DNA of 64,000 nt from Malacoraja senta (lineage: Eukaryota): the NCBI GenBank assembly GCA_038087875.1, contig CM075991.1:7628001-7692000 (forward strand), given 5' to 3'. A program made the position numbers and the translations under genes. Positions 50,836 to 63,766 of the stretch are shown here, piece after piece (position 1 is the stretch's first letter; each line of letters starts with the position of its first letter). The notes below the pieces were generated by a model. That model was not told where the DNA came from, ran no database searches, and was given only the letters and a program-made list of their open reading frames with translations.

Positions 50836-51228
50836 CATAATTATAAAAGGACTGGACAAGTTAGATGCAGGAAAAAATTTCACTGGTACAGTGAAAATGT
50901 TCCCAATGTTGGGCGAGTCCAGAACCAGGGGCCACAGTCTTAGAATAAAGGGGAAGCCATTTAAAACTGAGGTGAGAAAAAACATTTTCACCCAGAGAGT
51001 TGTGAATTTGTGGAATTCCCTGCCACAGAGGGCAGTGGAGGCCAAGTCACTGGATGGATTTAAGAGAGAGTTAGATAGAGCTCTAGGGGCTAGTGGAATC
51101 AAGGGATATGGGGAGAAGGCAGGCACGGGTTATTGATTGGGGACGATCAGCCATGATCACAATGAATGGCGGTGCTGGCTCGAAGGGTCGAAATGGCCTC
51201 CTCCTGCACCTAATTTCTATGTTTCTAT
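50836..51228 (+). mobile_element. CR1 LINE 3' fragment
   Basis: ORF 50831..51136 IIKGLDKLDAGK...FPMLGESRTRGHSLRIKG...GTGY. Confidence 0.9.
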
Positions 51229-52381
51229 CTCTGGAGAAAAAAAATTATGTTTCAGGTCGATGACCCTTCTTCCAGCTCAACTCAGTCTGAAGAAGTGTCT
51301 CGACCCAAAACATCACATATTCCTCTGCTCCAGAGATGTTGCTTGACCTGCGGAGTTACTCCAGCATTTTGTGTCTAACGTCGAAAGATGATGAGTAGGG
51401 AGGAAATCGTATCGACAGGGGTTGCACCAGTGAAGTCTACATAGATTCAATGGGCAAAATGGCCTCTTGTTATGTCTTAACAAGGACGTTCAGATTTAAA
51501 TGTAAGTTTATTGTTGTCCCATGTACCGAGGCACAGTGAAAAGCTTTGTTATACATTTTATGCAATTCAATCAGATAATACTATAGTTATTTACAATCAA
51601 GCCAAAGATAGACAAAGTGCTGGAGTAACTCAACGGGTCAGGCAGCATCTCTGGAGAAGCTGAGATGCCTGACCCACTGAGTTACTCCAGCACGTTGTGT
51701 CTATCTTCAGTATAGAGAGACATTGAGTCATAGAGTCGTAGAGTGATACAGTGTGAAAACGGGCCCTTCGGCCCAACTTGCCCACACCGGCCAACTGTCC
51801 CAGCTACACAAGTCCCACCTGCCTGCTCTTGATGCATATCCCTCCAAACCTGTCCTATCCATGGTACACAAAAATGCTGGAGAAACTCAGCGGGTGCAGC
51901 AGCATCTATGGAGCGAAGGAAATAGGCAACGTTTCGGGACGAAACCCTTCTTCAGACTGATAGGGGGTGAGGGGGGGAGGGGGGCGGGGGGAAGAAAGGA
52001 AAAAGGAGGAGGAGGACCCGAGGGCTGAGGGAGAGATAGGAAGGGGAGGAGACAGCAACTATCCATGTACCTGTCTAACTGTTTTTTGAACATTGGGATA
52101 TTCCCAGCCTCAACTACCTCCTCTGTTCCATACATCCAACACCCTTTGTGTGAAAAAGTCATCTCTCAGATTCCCATTCAATCTTCTCCCCTTCACCTTG
52201 AACCTATGCCCTCTGGTCCTCGATTCCCCCACTCTGGGCAAGAGACTCTGTGCATCTACCCGATCTATTCCTCTCATAAACCAGCAGCTGCAGCTCCTTC
52301 CTGCAATCAAGCCAAACTCATGTATAATAGGTAGAGCGAAGGGAAAGATACAGAGTGGAGAATATAGTTCATAGCATCAGT

Positions 52382-52895
52382 CATGGTGGCGCAGCGGTAG
52401 AGTTCCTGCCTTACAGCAAAATGTAGCGCCAGAGACCCGGGTTCGATCCCGACTACGGTGCTGTCTGTATGGAGTTTGTACGTTCTCCCTGTGATCTGCA
52501 TGGGTTTTCTCCGAGATCTTCGGTTTCCTCCCACACTCCAAAGACGTACAGGTTTCCAGAACCAGCGGCCACAGTTTAAGAATAAGGAGTAAGCCCTTTA
52601 GAACGGAGACGAGCAAACACTTTTTCTCACAGAGAGTGGTGAGTCTGTGGAATTCTCTGCCTCAGAGGGCGGTGGAGGCAGGTTCTCCGGATGCTTTCAA
52701 GAGAGAGCTAGATAGGGCTCTTAAAAATAGTGGAGTCAGGGGATACGGAGAGAAGGCAGGAACGGGGTACTGATTGGGGATGTTCAGCCATGATCACATT
52801 GAAGGGCTCGAAGGGCCGAATGGCCTACTCCTGCACTTATTGTCTATTGTCTATTGTTTGTAGGTTAATTGGCTTGATAAAAACATGTAAAATTA
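52382..52895 (+). mobile_element. V-domain SINE interrupted by a CR1 3' fragment (~52556-52855)
   Basis: SINE breaks at gacgtacaggttt and resumes gtttgtaggttaattggcttg. Confidence 0.85.
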
Positions 52896-53145
52896 TCCAA
52901 GTTGGCGATATGCAGAGTACTGCCCTGCCGACTACAAAATTCAGAAGGTTAAGAAGGTGATGCAACAGTTCCAGGAACAAAGTTCAGTACCCACACTGAG
53001 GCTGAGCAGAATTGGACTGTACCCTCTCTAATGAAAATAAAATTGTCCAAAGTAGAGCAATAGAACAGCACAATGGTCCATGATAAGAATCACTGGCATT
53101 GTCAACAGGGCATTAATTACGCTTTGAACTGTGTGAAGAGAGTTA

Positions 53146-54674
53146 TGGCCCTGTCCCATGGTACGAGTTCATTCCACGAGTTCAGCACCTAAGTTACAGA
53201 GAAAGGTTGAACAAGATAGGTCTTTATTCTTTGGAGCGCAGAAGGTTAAGGGGGGACTTGATAGAGGTCTTTAAAATTATGAGAGGGATAGACAGAGTTG
53301 ACGTGGATAAGCTTTTTCCATTGAGAGTAGGGAAGATTCAAACAAGAGGACATGATTTGAGAATTAAGGGACAAAAGTTTCGGGGTAACATGAGGGGGAA
53401 CTTCTTTACTCAGAGAGTGGTAGCTGTGTGGAATGAGCTTCCAGTGGAAGTGGTGGAGGCAGGTTTGATTTTATCATTTAAAAATAAATTGGATAGGTAT
53501 ATGGACGGGAAAGGAATGGAGGGTTATGGTCTGAGTTGCAGGTAGATGGGACTAGGTGAGAGTAAGTGTTCGGCACGGACTAGAAGGGCCGAGATGGCCT
53601 GTTTCCAATTGTTATATGGTTATATGGTTGTCCCGTCCGGGACATATTATCTGAATGGTGGCCGATTAGGAAAAGGGGAGATGCAACGAGACCTGGGTGT
53701 CATGGTATACCAGTCATTGAAAGTAGGCATGCAGGTGCAGCAGGCAGTGAAGAAAGCAAATGGTATGTTAGCATTCATAGCAAAAGGATTTGAGTATAGG
53801 AGCAGGGAGGTTCTACTGCAGTTGTACAGGGCCTTGGTGAGACCACACCTGGAGTATTGCGTACAGTTTTGGTCTCCTAATCTGAGGAAAGACATTCTTG
53901 CCATAGAGGGAGTACAGAGAAGGTTCACCAGACTGATTCCTGGGATGGCAGGACTTTCACATGAAGAAAGACTGGATAGACTCGGCTTGTACTCGCTAGA
54001 ATTTAGAAGATTGAGGGGGGATCTTATAGAAATGTACAAAATTCTTAAGGGGTTGGACAGGCTAGATGCAGGAAGATTGTTCTCGATGTTGGGGAAGTCC
54101 AGAATAAGGGGTCACAGTTTAAGGATAAGGGGGAAGTCTTTTAGGACCGAGATGAGAAAAACATTTTTCACACAGAGAGTGGTGAATCTGTGGAATTCTC
54201 TGCCACAGAAGGTAGTTGAGGCCAGTTCATTGGCTATATTTAAGAGGGAGTTAGATGTGGCCCTTGTGGCTAAAGGGATCAGGGGGTATGGAGAGAAGGC
54301 AGGTAGAGGATACTGAGTTGGATGATCAGCCATGATCATATTGAATGTCGGTGCAGGCTCGAAGGGCCGAATGGCCTACTCCTGCACCTATTTTCTATGT
54401 TTCTATGTAAGAGCTCTCCCAAGTTTTTAAAAATTCACACTCGTGGCTCGTAACGCTAACGGCAGGTACTCAGGAACGCTAACGGCAGGCACTCGGGAAG
54501 ACTCGCTAATGGCAGGTAAGCACGGGAAGACTCGTGAAGATTTTTCAACATGTTGAAAAATGTCCACGAGAGCCCCGAGTACCGACGAGCGGCCATTACC
54601 GTAAATCTCCGAGTTCGAATCAGGGCAAACTCGGGAGAACTCTTGGAATGAACTCGTACCGTGGGACAGGGCCG
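53146..54674. mobile_element. PIF/Harbinger-type MITE expanded by two nested CR1 fragments (~53183-53628, ~53645-54408)
   Basis: tta|tggccctgtcccatggtacgag ... ctcgtaccgtgggacagggccg|tta; CR1 ORFs 53207..53545 and 53546..54316 inside. Confidence 0.88.
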
Positions 54675-55219
54675 TTATCAATAGCCAATCAACATGACAT
54701 AGGTCACCTCTCCTGCCTCCTTGTCTCTCCGTCTGAACAAGGAGTTTCTCGCATAAAAATGGAAAATACTGAAAACTTTAAGTAGGTCGGGCAATTAATG
54801 TAAAGAGAGTATCGCAATTAATTTGTAGAATGATGGTCTTTCATCAGAACTGGGTTCAAATGTAATGAGTCTAGACTGTCTTATGCACCCCAGAGAAGTA
54901 GACCAAGGTAGTAACATACGAGTCAAAATTCATTTAATTTTCAATTAGAAGCTAAACTACGTTTTTTTATTAATAGCTATGAATGCATTAAATGATTATT
55001 ATGTTTAAAGACATCTTGTGAAAATCCTCCAGTCCAGTAGATGTTGAGGTGCTGTGTTTATTGGTTTACCTACTATCCAAGATGATAGTTGGGTGTAGGA
55101 TAGAACTAGTGCATGGATGATTGTTGGTCAGCACAGACTCGGTGGGCCGAAGGGCCTGTTTCTCCACTGTGTCTCTCAACTAGACAAAACACAAGGAAAA
55201 TGCCTCAAGGTCATTCTCA

Positions 55220-55500
55220 TAGTTAAGCTGAAACATAGTTACATCTTCACCAACTCATGGGATTCCCCGGCTCGTGGCTGTTTAACAAGGAGAAAGAGCA
55301 TCCAGGAAGAGGTGCTGAGGGTCTCCAATCTCAATGAACGGAGGCCAAGTGCAAAAGATGCACACAGGATCCTGAGCAGCCTCCCACCCACCCCATCGAG
55401 GACCCTCTGCCTCACCTGTGGTGGAGACTCCTTCAAGTCCCATTCAAGGCTCTTCACCCAATTCAGAACCCAGAGAACTGGCGAGGAAGCTGGGACCTCA
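55220..55500 (+). mobile_element. Decayed RTE-clade LINE C-terminus
   Basis: SWDSPARG...RRKSIQEEV...LCLTCGGDSFKSHSRLFTQFRTQR resembles the terminal zinc-finger-like end of RTE ORFs. Confidence 0.55.
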
Positions 55501-56559
55501 ACATCAAAGGACCACTGAAGAAGGTGATTGGTCATTTTGCCTTCCACCGCCCAGGGAAAATACTGAATTGGAGAGTTCCACAGAGTTCCAGCTGTTAGTT
55601 TCTCCCTTGTTTAGTTTTGAATATTGAGATTTAAATAGTGAACAGCCAGCTGGGAGGCATTACTGAGACTGACAATGTGAGACAATTGAATAAACATCAT
55701 AGTGTACCATCAACAAACCCAATGTGCTTCAGCAACCTCAGCTGTTACTTCAATTCCCACACAATGTCGGGATTAGTCAATCTACAGAGGCAACTTCAAC
55801 CAGTAGCAACCGTCATCTGCATTCAATGTGTAAACAAAACTATTCAAATTAAATCATCGGCTTGCAAACTCCCAAGAGGGATGTTAAAATTCTTATGTGT
55901 ACTGGCAAAAAGTATAAATTGTCAAGTGCCCTCCAGTTTTGATAGTAACCTTCAAGTGTTTCATTATCAGTTTGGGAATTGAGGTCGAAGGTTACAGTTT
56001 CAGATGGTTGAATAGTCACTCCATGGTTGATGTATTGTTGGGGCAAAGGGAACAATTCAGTCTCCAGTCCGTGCGTTTGGCCAGGCTTGAATAGCAAAGA
56101 TGGATAGATGTACTGCAGTATTTGTGTGATTACCTTAGGGAGCTAAGAGCGTTTTCACAGAGGCTTCCCCCAGGACATTACACGAGTGGATAGGGTCCAG
56201 GATAGGTCAGGTTGTACACAGTCTATGGAAACAACAGCTGACAGTTGAATACCTTTTACCCATCCCATGCCTTTTTATGTTCTTGACAATAATTGAACAC
56301 TCAGTCAATCAAGGGCACAAAGCAGAGTTTTTTCACAAGTCAAAGAAACGTGGGTCAAATGACATATAAAGCAGGAATGCTTTCAGTTTGGACAGTATTC
56401 TTTGTGTTGACAGCACACTCTATTGCTACTTGCACATTGTTGAATGGTTCTGCTGATGCCTTATTATTCTAGTGTTGTAAAGGAACCTCACATCCTATAG
56501 GAGTTGTCCCTCTCTCTGTTACAATAAGTTTCAAACCAGACTGCAGACATTGCTTCTTC

Positions 56560-56888
56560 TGGGCCTGTCCCACTTGCCGAATTTCTTAGGCAACTGCCAG
56601 CGACTGTCATAGTCATAGCAGGTCGCCGAAAAACCAGCGACAACCTACGTCATCCTGGCGACAACCTACGACAGCACCTACGTCAGTAGAAGTCAAGCTA
56701 CGCTCATTGGCGTCAAACCCACTGTCGCCGAAGATTTTTCAACATGTTGAAAATTTAGCGGCAGCCAGAAAGACGCCACGACTTTTTGCGCGGCTGAGGA
56801 GACTACCCCCGGCGACCACCGGTGAACATGTGGCGACAAACTAGTCGCCTGTAGTTGCCTAAAAAATCGCCTAAGTGGGACAGGCCCA
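56560..56888. mobile_element. PIF/Harbinger-type MITE
   Basis: TIR tgggcctgtcccactt / aagtgggacaggccca, right flank TTA (left TTC), palindrome at 56736. Confidence 0.88.
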
Positions 56889-57477
56889 TTAGCCTTTCCA
56901 GAACTTCCACTTGCTTTCTTTGTTCCTATCCCTGTGCACAGAAGGTCAAAAGGAAGGAATCTTGGATCTGTCAGGCTCCTAAGAGTGGAGCCATCAAGTC
57001 ATGGAGTCATACTGTGTTGAAACAGGCCCTTCGGCCCAACCTGCCCATGCCAACCAACTTGTCCCATCTACACTAGTCTCACCTGCCCGCCTTTGGCCCA
57101 TATCCCTCCAACCCTTTCCTATCCATGTACCTGTCCAAATGTTTCTTAAACATGGTGATAGTAGCTGCTTCAACTACCCCCTGGAAACATGATAGGAGCT
57201 GTGTCAGCTACCTCCTCTGGCAGCCCGTTCCACATACCTACCACCATTTCTGTAAAAAGGCTGGTTGGCAGATGGATGGAGAAAGGCTAGATATGAAAAA
57301 GAGGCAAATGAGACAAAAGGCTATCAGATAAGGAGGCAATTTAAATTGTTTAAATTTAAACTGCCTTTAAATTGTTGATAATACCACAACCTGTGCTAAA
57401 CTAAACTAGCTCATTCTCATATTCAAAATGAACATTAATTGTTCTGCCATTGCTGGTTGAATATTGAATGAGATGAG

Positions 57478-58204
57478 GGACTGCACTGTGGCGCAGCGGT
57501 AGAGTTGCAGCCTTACAGCGCCTGAGACCCGTGTTCGATCCTGACTACTGGCGCTTGTCTGTACGTAGTCTGTACGTTCTCCCCGTGACCGCAGGTTTTT
57601 TTTATCTGAGATCTTCGGTTGCCTCCCACTCTCTAAAGATGTACAGGTTTGCAGGTTAAATGGCTTGGCTAAAGTGTAAATTTGTCCCCAGTGTGTGAAG
57701 GATAGTGTAACTGGTCGGCGCGGACTCGGTGGGTTGAAGGGCCTGTTTCCACGCTGTATCTCTAGACTAAACTAAACTAAACTCGAAGGGATGCAAATCT
57801 GCAACCTGCACCTTTGGAGCATGAGCAGCCTTGGAAGGAGACAAAAAGGAGTCAAAAGGATGTCAGATGAGGAGTGAAGAGTGGGCGGCATGGTGGCACA
57901 GCAGTAGATATACTGCCTTATAGCCCTTGCAGCGCCAGAGACCCGAGTTTGGTTCTGACTATAGGTGCTGTCTGTACAGAGTTTGTACGTTCTCCCCATG
58001 ACCGCGTGGGTTTGCGACGAGATTTCCAGGTTTCCTCCCGCTCTCCAAAGACGTACAGGTTTGTAGGTCAATTGGCTTGGTTAAAGTATAACTTGTCCCT
58101 AGTGTGTGTAGGTGGTGTTAGTGTGCGGGGATTGCTGGTCGGCGCGGACTCGGTGCGTCGGAGGGCCTGTTTCCGCGGTGCATCTCTAAACTAAACTAAA
58201 CTAA
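57478..58204 (+). mobile_element. Two V-domain tRNA SINEs
   Basis: Full copies at ~57478-57783 and ~57882-58204 with (TAAAC)n tails. Confidence 0.9.
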
Positions 58205-58817
58205 AGATGAGTGAAATGTAAAACTGGGAGAGATATCGACGGAAGCGGTGCGGGGTGGGATTTTATTTTATTGAGATTTAATCCAGGTTGTTGTAAGTTA
58301 CATCATGAACAAAGGGTTTGTGTATGAAACTGAACACTGGAATAATCGCTGTGAATACTATTGACTTTCCAACATTTCAAAGCCCTTTGCTCTTCCCATT
58401 GGCATTTACAACCTCTCTGTTGGGCTGAGAGAGTCGACCAACAACAGTGTCCTAGGGCTGTGAATATTGGCTCCAGCACCACAGTTTTCGTTCCTTGCTG
58501 CCACTTAAAGCAACATCCATTGGAAACCTTTCCTTTTGAACCTGACCTTTAACGTTCAGTTTCTGTACTCCGGCAGAATCCACACGGCACTGTGCATGTT
58601 AATTCACAGGAAACACTCAGAGGATGGGAATCAGTCCAAAGATGTAGCCCATTGAAACCGAGCCTTGTTTTGGCAAAACACAGCTTACTTGTTCCAAAGG
58701 TAGATTTGAGGCCAGTTATTTATGACACTTCTGGTTGAATATTGTCAGATTTACATGTGTTTAAAAACATTTCAGTAACAGGCTGGAATTCAGTTCGACT
58801 GGGATGGGATGATTGGA

Positions 58818-59230
58818 TCTCTCTCTCTCCCTCTCCCCCTCTCTCTCGCCCTCGCTCACACCCCCTCTCTTTCACTCCCTTTCTAACTCTTCCCCTCATT
58901 TTTTCTCTGTTGCTCCCTTCCTCTCTCTCTCTCCCCCTCCTCTTCTACCCTCTCTCCCTCCCATCCCCTCCTCTGCCACTCCCTCTCTCCCCTCTCCCCC
59001 TCTCCCTCACTCTCCCTTCCTCCCTCCATCTACCCTCTCTCCCTATCCCCCTCTCCCTCCCTCTCCCTCTCCTCCCCATCTATCCTCTCTCCCTATCCCC
59101 CTCTCCCTCACCCTCTCACTCCCCCTCCCCTCTCCCTCTCACTACTTCGTCTCTCACTCCCTCTCTATCTCTCCCTTCCTCTCTATCTCTCCCTTCCTCT
59201 CTCTCTCTCCCTTCCTCTCTCTCCCTCTCC
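58818..59230. repeat. Polypyrimidine (CT/CCT)-rich low-complexity tract
   Basis: ~410 bp almost entirely C/T on the plus strand. Confidence 0.95.
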
Positions 59231-59868
59231 TATTTAAACACCCTTAACATTTTCCAAACAGCTGCTCCACACGCATACCTTATATCTGTAACCATTCCTG
59301 CAAGGTCAACGATACCTCGGAGAATGGGTTCAGAAGCAATGAGAGTTGTAATGCAGATTTTTATTCATGCATGTTATAAGAGTTTTGCATTTGCTTCTAA
59401 GCAGTATAATTATATAGTCACACAATATAGTTGAAAGACCATCAGTGATAGGACCAACTATGATCAGAGGTAACCATGTACACGCCAGGGTCCAGTTAGA
59501 GTCATTTACATTTGTTGCAGTACTTTAGGTCATGTTTATGCGTTGGAGCCTTCATACCAAGTCAGGCAATTAGGTACAGATTATACATAGAAGTTTTGCC
59601 TTCAACTGGATATGCAGGAACGGTGGGATCGGAATCATGTACAGACTGAGGAGATTAGTTTATTTTGGCATCGTGCTCAGCATGGAAACTGTGGGCCGAA
59701 TGGTCTGTTCCTGTGCTGTCTTCTTCCATGTTCGATAACTGCCACATCACAAGATGGATTCCTAAAACAATATTTTTGCAGCCTTAAATGATCTCATCTT
59801 CATTGGGTCGAAGTGTTGGAGCTCCCCGCCGATCTGACAAGTGCAGTCAACCTCACTGCAAGAACTGT

Positions 59869-60515
59869 GGGCGGCACGGTGGCGCAGCGGTAGAGCTGCT
59901 GCCTTACGGCGCTTGTTCGATCCGGGTTCGATCCTGCCTACAGGTGCTGTCTGTACGGAGTTTGTACGTTCTCCCCGTGACCGCGTGGGTTTTCTCCGGG
60001 ATCTTCGGTTTCCTCCCACACTCCAAAGACGTACAGGTTTGTTGGTTAATTGGCTTGGTGTATGTGTAAATTGTCTCTAGTGTGTGTAGGAGAGTGTTAA
60101 TGTGCGGGGATCGCTGGTCGGTATGGACTCGGTGGGCCGAAGGGCCTGTTCCCGCGCTGTATCTCTAAACTAAACTTAACTGCAGCGGTTCAAGAAGATG
60201 GTTTGAGAAGGTGATACAGGGCACCACGGTGGTGCAGCTGGAAGAATCGCTGCCTCAGTGCCAGAGACCGAGGCTCGATCCTGATCTCGGGCGCTGCTAT
60301 GTGGAGTTTGCACGTTCTCCCTGTGACTCCTTGGGTTTCCACCGGGACATTCCAGAGACGATCGGATTTGTAGGTTAATTGGCCTCCATAAATTGCCCCT
60401 AGTGTGTAGGAAGTGAATGCGAAAGTGGATAACATTGAACTAGTCTGAGCCGGTGATTGATGGTCACCATGGACTCAGTGGGCCGAAGGGCCTGTTTCCA
60501 TGCTGTATTTTTCAA
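59869..60515 (+). mobile_element. Two V-domain tRNA SINEs
   Basis: Copies at ~59869-60178 and ~60219-60515. Confidence 0.9.
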
Positions 60516-61318
60516 CCAATTGATGGATCCCATCACCCACTGAAGGGTCATTAGGAACGGGGGGAAAATGCTGGTCTTGCCAATGATATAGAGAAGTGCA
60601 AACAATTCAAAATCTTGTTTAAATCGGTTTTAAAAAATTGCATGAGATTTTAACATTCAAGTTATCAACTCAAAAATATTTTCATATTCCATTTTGTGAA
60701 AATGTGAAAAACTGCATTTATTTTTCCACTTCGGAAAGATGTTAATGTGGATTAATTATGTGGAGGTCAATTAACCTGTTGCCTGCTTATATTTCCAGGC
60801 TTGCTGATGATGCAAAGCTGGGTGGGATTGTGAATGGAAGAGAGGCATGTAAAGATGGTTTGTGACGTGAGCAAGGTTAGTGAGTGGGAGAGAACAGGGG
60901 CCCGTGGAACATAATGTGGATAAATGAGAGGTCATCCACTTCAGCACGCAACACTGTAAGGCAGAAGGACTTTTTTTTTAATGGTGATGGATTGAGAAAT
61001 GCATAGTCAACGGGACCCAGGTGATCTTCTGCACAGGTCACTGAAACTAGTGCTCAGGTATGAAAGGAAATGGGAGGGATATGGATCAGCTGTCACCAGG
61101 CGACTGAACCACCCTACCACAACTAGAGAGCAGTCCTGAACGACTATCTACTTCCTTGGAGACCCTCTGACTAGCTTTGATTGGAATTTACTGGCTCTTG
61201 TACTATTCACGTTATTCCCTTCATCATGTATCTGTACACTGAATGGCTCTTGTATTGTTCGCTGTACCTCCATACACGTGACAATAAAATAACCTAAACT
61301 AAACTAAACTAAACATGT

Positions 61319-61451
61319 AGACAAAAATGCTGGAGAAACTCAGCGGGTGAGGCAGCATCTATTTCCTTCGCTCCATAGATGCTGCCTCACCCGCTGAGTT
61401 TCTCCAGCATTTTTGCCCACCTTCAATTTTGCAGCCTCTGCAGTTCCTTCT
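61319..61451. mobile_element. Palindromic Penelope-derived insertion
   Basis: 14-bp TSD taaactaaacatgt (61305-61318, 61452-61465); arms caaaaatgctggagaaactcagcgggtgaggcagcatcta and its reverse complement. Confidence 0.78.
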
Positions 61452-61578
61452 TAAACTAAACATGTGCAGGGCAGAGGAGATTAGTTTAACTTGGCTTCAT
61501 GTTCAGCATGTTATTGAAAGGCCTGTTCCTGCGCTGTACTGTTCTAGAATTCTATATTCTAAGGCATGTAGAACCTAA

Positions 61579-61908
61579 AAGCCCTGTCCCACGGTGCGAG
61601 TTCATTCCAAGAGCTCTCCCGAGTTTAAAAAAAATAAAACTCGTGGTAAGCACGGAGAATGAACGTAGCGGGTACGTCGGAGCTCGGGGACGTCACTTAG
61701 CGGCTCGTAACGTTAACGGCAGGTACTCGGGAAGACTCGCTAACGGCAGGTAAGCACGGGAAGACTCGTGAAGATTTTTCAACATGTTGAAAAATGTCCA
61801 CGAGAGCCCCGAGTACCGACGAGTGGCCATTACCGTAAATCTCCGAATTTGAATCAGTGCAAACTCGGGAGAGCTCTTGGAATGAACTCGTACCGTGGGA
61901 CAGGGCCA
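61579..61908. mobile_element. PIF/Harbinger-type MITE
   Basis: TIR gccctgtcccacggt / accgtgggacagggc, TAA TSD, same family as 5816 and 53146. Confidence 0.9.
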
Positions 61909-62272
61909 TAAGGTATTCTATATTCTAAGCAAAGATATGTTGCTTTGGGAGATTCGAGTTAATGAGTAAAAATGTGTTATTGCACCATGCGGCACTGTTA
62001 ATAGAACAGTGCAGCACAGGAACAGGCCCTTCGGCCCACAATGTCTGTGCCGAGTATACTGCTAAGACCAAATCTTATCTGTCTACACGTAATTCATATC
62101 CTTCGCATATCCTGCAGATCAATGTGCCTACCCAAAAGTCTCTTAAATGCCACCATCATATCTGCCCCCACCACCACCTGCGATAGTGTGTTCCAGGCAC
62201 CCACTATCCTCTGTGTTTAAAAACTTGCCCCACACATTTCCTTTAAACTTTGTCCTTCACCTTACAGCTTCA

Positions 62273-62608
62273 GGGCCGTCATGGTGGCGCTGCGGTAGAG
62301 TTGCTGCCTTACAGCGAATGCAGCGCTGGAGACCCGGGTTTGATCCCGACTACGGGCACTGTCTGTATGGAGTTTGTACGTTCTCCCCGTGACCGGGCGT
62401 GCGTTTTCACTGAGATCTTCGGTTTCCTCCCACATTCCAAAGACGTAGAGGTTTGTAGGTTAATTGGCTTGGTAAATATAAAAATTGTCCCTAGTGGGTG
62501 CAGGATAGTGTGCGGGGATCGCTGGTCGGCGTTAATGTCGTTAATGTGCGGGGATCGCTGGTTAGCGCGGACCTGGTGGGCCGAAGGGCCTGTTTCCGCG
62601 CTGTATCG
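62273..62608 (+). mobile_element. V-domain tRNA SINE
   Basis: A/B boxes, V core, short internal duplication, (TAAAC)n tail. Confidence 0.88.
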
Positions 62609-63236
62609 TTAAACTAAACTAAACTAAAATCTCAGGCCAGGGGTCACAGTCTCTGAATGAAGATCAAGTTATTAAGAACAGAGATGAAGAGAAATGTCTT
62701 CACTGACAAAGGATGAATATTTGGGATTGGCTACCCTGGAGGGCTGAGGTGTCTCAGATCAATTAACCTCTGGATATTAAGTGACATGGGAATATCGGCT
62801 GAATAGGAAATTGATGAATGGTGGAGCAGGCTTGAAAGACTGGACGGCTCCTATTTTTTAATATTCTTATACTTCACAAAGAGGACATGCAACAGATGAA
62901 ATCAACACAGGCCACCTAGTGAAGGCAAACATGATTTTACCAAAAAGAGAACCCTGTTCAAGCAATTAATATTCCATAAAATGTGTGCAGAGAGTGAGAT
63001 ATGCATTCATGAGCCAAAGACAATTCAGCTTCAAAAGAAGACTGTAATTACTGCACCTTTACTTGCAAGAAAGAAGTTCCTTTCTGTACAGGTCACTGTC
63101 CCTTTGTTCCATTAGCCCTGCTATTTCGAGAGATAAAGAGACTGGAACAAATAAGAATGAATTGAAGCATTTAACCGTAAAGATGCTGAACACTAAAACA
63201 TTTGTTTCTGTGGTAAAAGCACGGTCAGAAATTTAA

Positions 63237-63766
63237 AGGGCCTGTCCCACTTGGGCGACCTAATCCGCGAGTTCTGGCGAGTTTGCCCTCGACTCATGCT
63301 CGCATCATGGTCGGCACGAGGTCGTAGGAGGTCTTCGTAACTCTCCTTCATGCTCGAGAGTGGTCTCCGCGTACTCGAGGCCTCAGCTAGGTCGCGGCGT
63401 TTTTTTCCAATATGTTAAAAAATGCCCGCGAGTACAAAAAGGTCGCCATGGAAAAAAATCGATACTTTTTTTATTCGTAGGTTTAGTCGTAGTAGGTCGG
63501 CATGTTAGTCGTAGGTAATCGAGGGTAGTCTAAGGTAGTCGTAGATAGTCTTCATCATAGTCGAAGGGAGGTCAAAGGGAGGTCAAAGGAGATCGAAGGA
63601 GGTCGTCTTCACTCTCCACTATTCGATGTCCAATTTTCCTGAAATTAGTCATAGCTAGTCGTAGCTGGTCTTCAACATAGTCGAAGGAGGTCGAAGGAGG
63701 TCTTCAACATATCATTTTTTCAAACTCTAAACTCGCCAATTAGGTCGCCCAAGTGGGACAGCCCCT
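63237..63766. mobile_element. PIF/Harbinger-type MITE
   Basis: TIR agggcctgtcccacttgggcgacctaat / attaggtcgcccaagtgggacagcccct; left TAA; internal (GTCGTAG)-like repeats. Confidence 0.88.

Noticed and set aside
58742..59434. 230-aa Leu/Ser/Pro-rich ORF
   Set aside because: Artefact of the CT-rich tract, which cannot contain stop codons
59869..59945. tRNA-like sequence with A/B boxes
   Set aside because: SINE head that continues into the V core; not a tRNA gene (same for all other copies)
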